DNA from: Blepharisma stoltei ATCC 30299
Lineage: Eukaryota > Protista > Ciliophora
Length of the DNA: 64,000 bases
NCBI GenBank assembly: GCA_965603825.1
Contig: CBFDEM010000048.1
Span: forward strand, 428,918-492,917
Direction: 5' to 3'
Notes under the pieces: generated by a model
Databases searched by the model: none
The model's input: the letters and a program-made list of their open reading frames with translations, nothing else
What the model was told of the DNA's origin: nothing
Program-made: the position numbers and the translations under genes
Shown: piece by piece, positions 62,401 through 64,000 of the stretch
Numbering within the stretch: position 1 is the first letter of the stretch
How the letters are laid out: each line of letters opens with the position of its first letter

Positions 62401-62456
62401 TTTTTTTGTTCTTCTTTATAATATTTAACCAATATTCTTACTCTTATTTCGAATGA

Positions 62457-64000
62457 GTGTTAGGGTGTTAGGGTGTTAGGGTGTTAGGGTGTTAGGGTGT
62501 TAGGGTGTTAGGGTGTTAGGGTGTTAGGGTGTTAGGGTGTTAGGGTGTTAGGGTGTTAGGGTGTTAGGGTGTTAGGGTGTTAGGGTGTTAGGGTGTTAGG
62601 GTGTTAGGGTGTTAGGGTGTTAGGGTGTTAGGGTGTTAGGGTGTTAGGGTGTTAGGGTGTTAGGGTGTTAGGGTGTTAGGGTGTTAGGGTGTTAGGGTGT
62701 TAGGGTGTTAGGGTGTTAGGGTGTTAGGGTGTTAGGGTGTTAGGGTGTTAGGGTGTTAGGGTGTTAGGGTGTTAGGGTGTTAGGGTGTTAGGGTGTTAGG
62801 GTGTTAGGGTGTTAGGGTGTTAGGGTGTTAGGGTGTTAGGGTGTGTTAGGGTGTTAGGGTGTTAGGGTGTTAGGGTGTTAGGGTGTTAGGGTGTTAGGGT
62901 GTTAGGGTGTTAGGGTGTTAGGGTGTTAGGGTGTTAGGGTGTTAGGGTGTTAGGGTGTTAGGGTGTTAGGGTGTTAGGGTGTTAGGGTGTTAGGGTGTTA
63001 GGGTGTTAGGGTGTTAGGGTGTTAGGGTGTTAGGGTGTTAGGGTGTTAGGGTGTTAGGGTGTTAGGGTGTTAGGGTGTTAGGGTGTTAGGGTGTTAGGGT
63101 GTTAGGGTGTTAGGGTGTTAGGGTGTTAGGGTGTTAGGGTGTTAGGGTGTTAGGGTGTTAGGGTGTTAGGGTGTTAGGGTGTTAGGGTGTTAGGGTGTTA
63201 GGGTGTTAGGGTGTTAGGGTGTTAGGGTGTTAGGGTGTTAGGGTGTTAGGGTGTTAGGGTGTTAGGGTGTTAGGGTGTTAGGGTGTTAGGGTGTTAGGGT
63301 GTTAGGGTGTTAGGGTGTTAGGGTGTTAGGGTGTTAGGGTGTTAGGGTGTTAGGGTGTTAGGGTGTTAGGGTGTTAGGGTGTTAGGGTGTTAGGGTGTTA
63401 GGGTGTTAGGGTGTTAGGGGTGTTAGGGTGTTAGGGTGTTAGGGTGTTAGGGTGTTAGGGTGTTAGGGTGTTAGGGTGTTAGGGTGTTAGGGTGTTAGGG
63501 TGTTAGGGTGTTAGGGTGTTAGGGTGTTAGGGTGTTAGGGTGTTAGGGTGTTAGGGTGTTAGGGTGTTAGGGTGTTAGGGTGTTAGGGTGTTAGGGTGTT
63601 AGGGTGTTAGGGTGTTAGGGTGTTAGGGTGTTAGGGTGTTAGGGTGTTAGGGTGTTAGGGTGTTAGGGTGTTAGGGTGTTAGGGTGTTAGGGTGTTAGGG
63701 TGTTAGGGTGTTAGGGTGTTAGGGTGTTAGGGTGTTAGGGTGTTAGGGTGTTAGGGTGTTAGGGTGTTAGGGTGTTAGGGTGTTAGGGTGTTAGGGTGTT
63801 AGGGTGTTAGGGTGTTAGGGTGTTAGGGTGTTAGGGTGTTAGGGTGTTAGGGTGTTAGGGTGTTAGGGTGTTAGGGTGTTAGGGTGTTAGGGTGTTAGGG
63901 TGTTAGGGTGTTAGGGTGTTAGGGTGTTAGGGTGTTAGGGTGTTAGGGTGTTAGGGTGTTAGGGTGTTAGGGTGTTAGGGTGTTAGGGTGTTAGGGTGTT
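62457..64000 (+). repeat. Telomere (TGTTAGGG)n = (CCCTAACA)n
   Basis: About 1.54 kb of 8-bp repeat running to the window end, G-rich strand oriented outward; heterotrich-type unit. Confidence 0.98.

Noticed and set aside
1-64000. Bacterial (Mycoplasma-type code) or mitochondrial origin; transposase, rRNA, tRNA or CRISPR features
   Set aside because: Spliceosomal introns, a telomere and ciliary/spliceosomal genes show a nuclear eukaryotic origin. I recognised no transposase, RT, rRNA, tRNA or repeat-spacer array by eye.

Overview
AT-rich eukaryotic chromosome end, most likely the macronuclear (somatic) genome of a heterotrich ciliate such as Blepharisma. Three direct observations support this: a terminal (TGTTAGGG)n = (CCCTAACA)n telomere from ~62457, in-frame TGA at conserved Trp positions (TAA/TAG are the only stops, so the supplied ORF track fragments most genes), and 15-16 nt GT...AG introns. 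Positions 1-29.8 kb are a very compact region of mostly single-copy genes: tandem PCCB, two Myb factors, an ODA docking-complex-like coiled coil, a 2xRRM protein, DDX23/Prp28, a BPI/LBP-like secreted protein, a WD40 plus TRP-like channel, LZTFL1, CFAP20DC, an LRR protein, NDUFV2, a CZIB/DUF866 triplet and a RING-TRAF protein. Positions ~30-62.4 kb are a subtelomeric patchwork of repeated modules: a family of ~940-aa secreted Cys-rich prepro-proteins (2 intact, 1 lacking its start codon, 3 fragments or pseudogenes) with a shared ~0.6-1 kb upstream element, Kelch-like genes, and damaged WD40-TRP copies. The most notable signals are the mosaic subtelomeric Cys-rich family, two fragments of that family broken at the same nucleotide motif 24 kb apart, and a 54-bp TATA-flanked hairpin insertion resembling an unexcised IES or mini-MITE. 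All calls are by eye; no searches were run.
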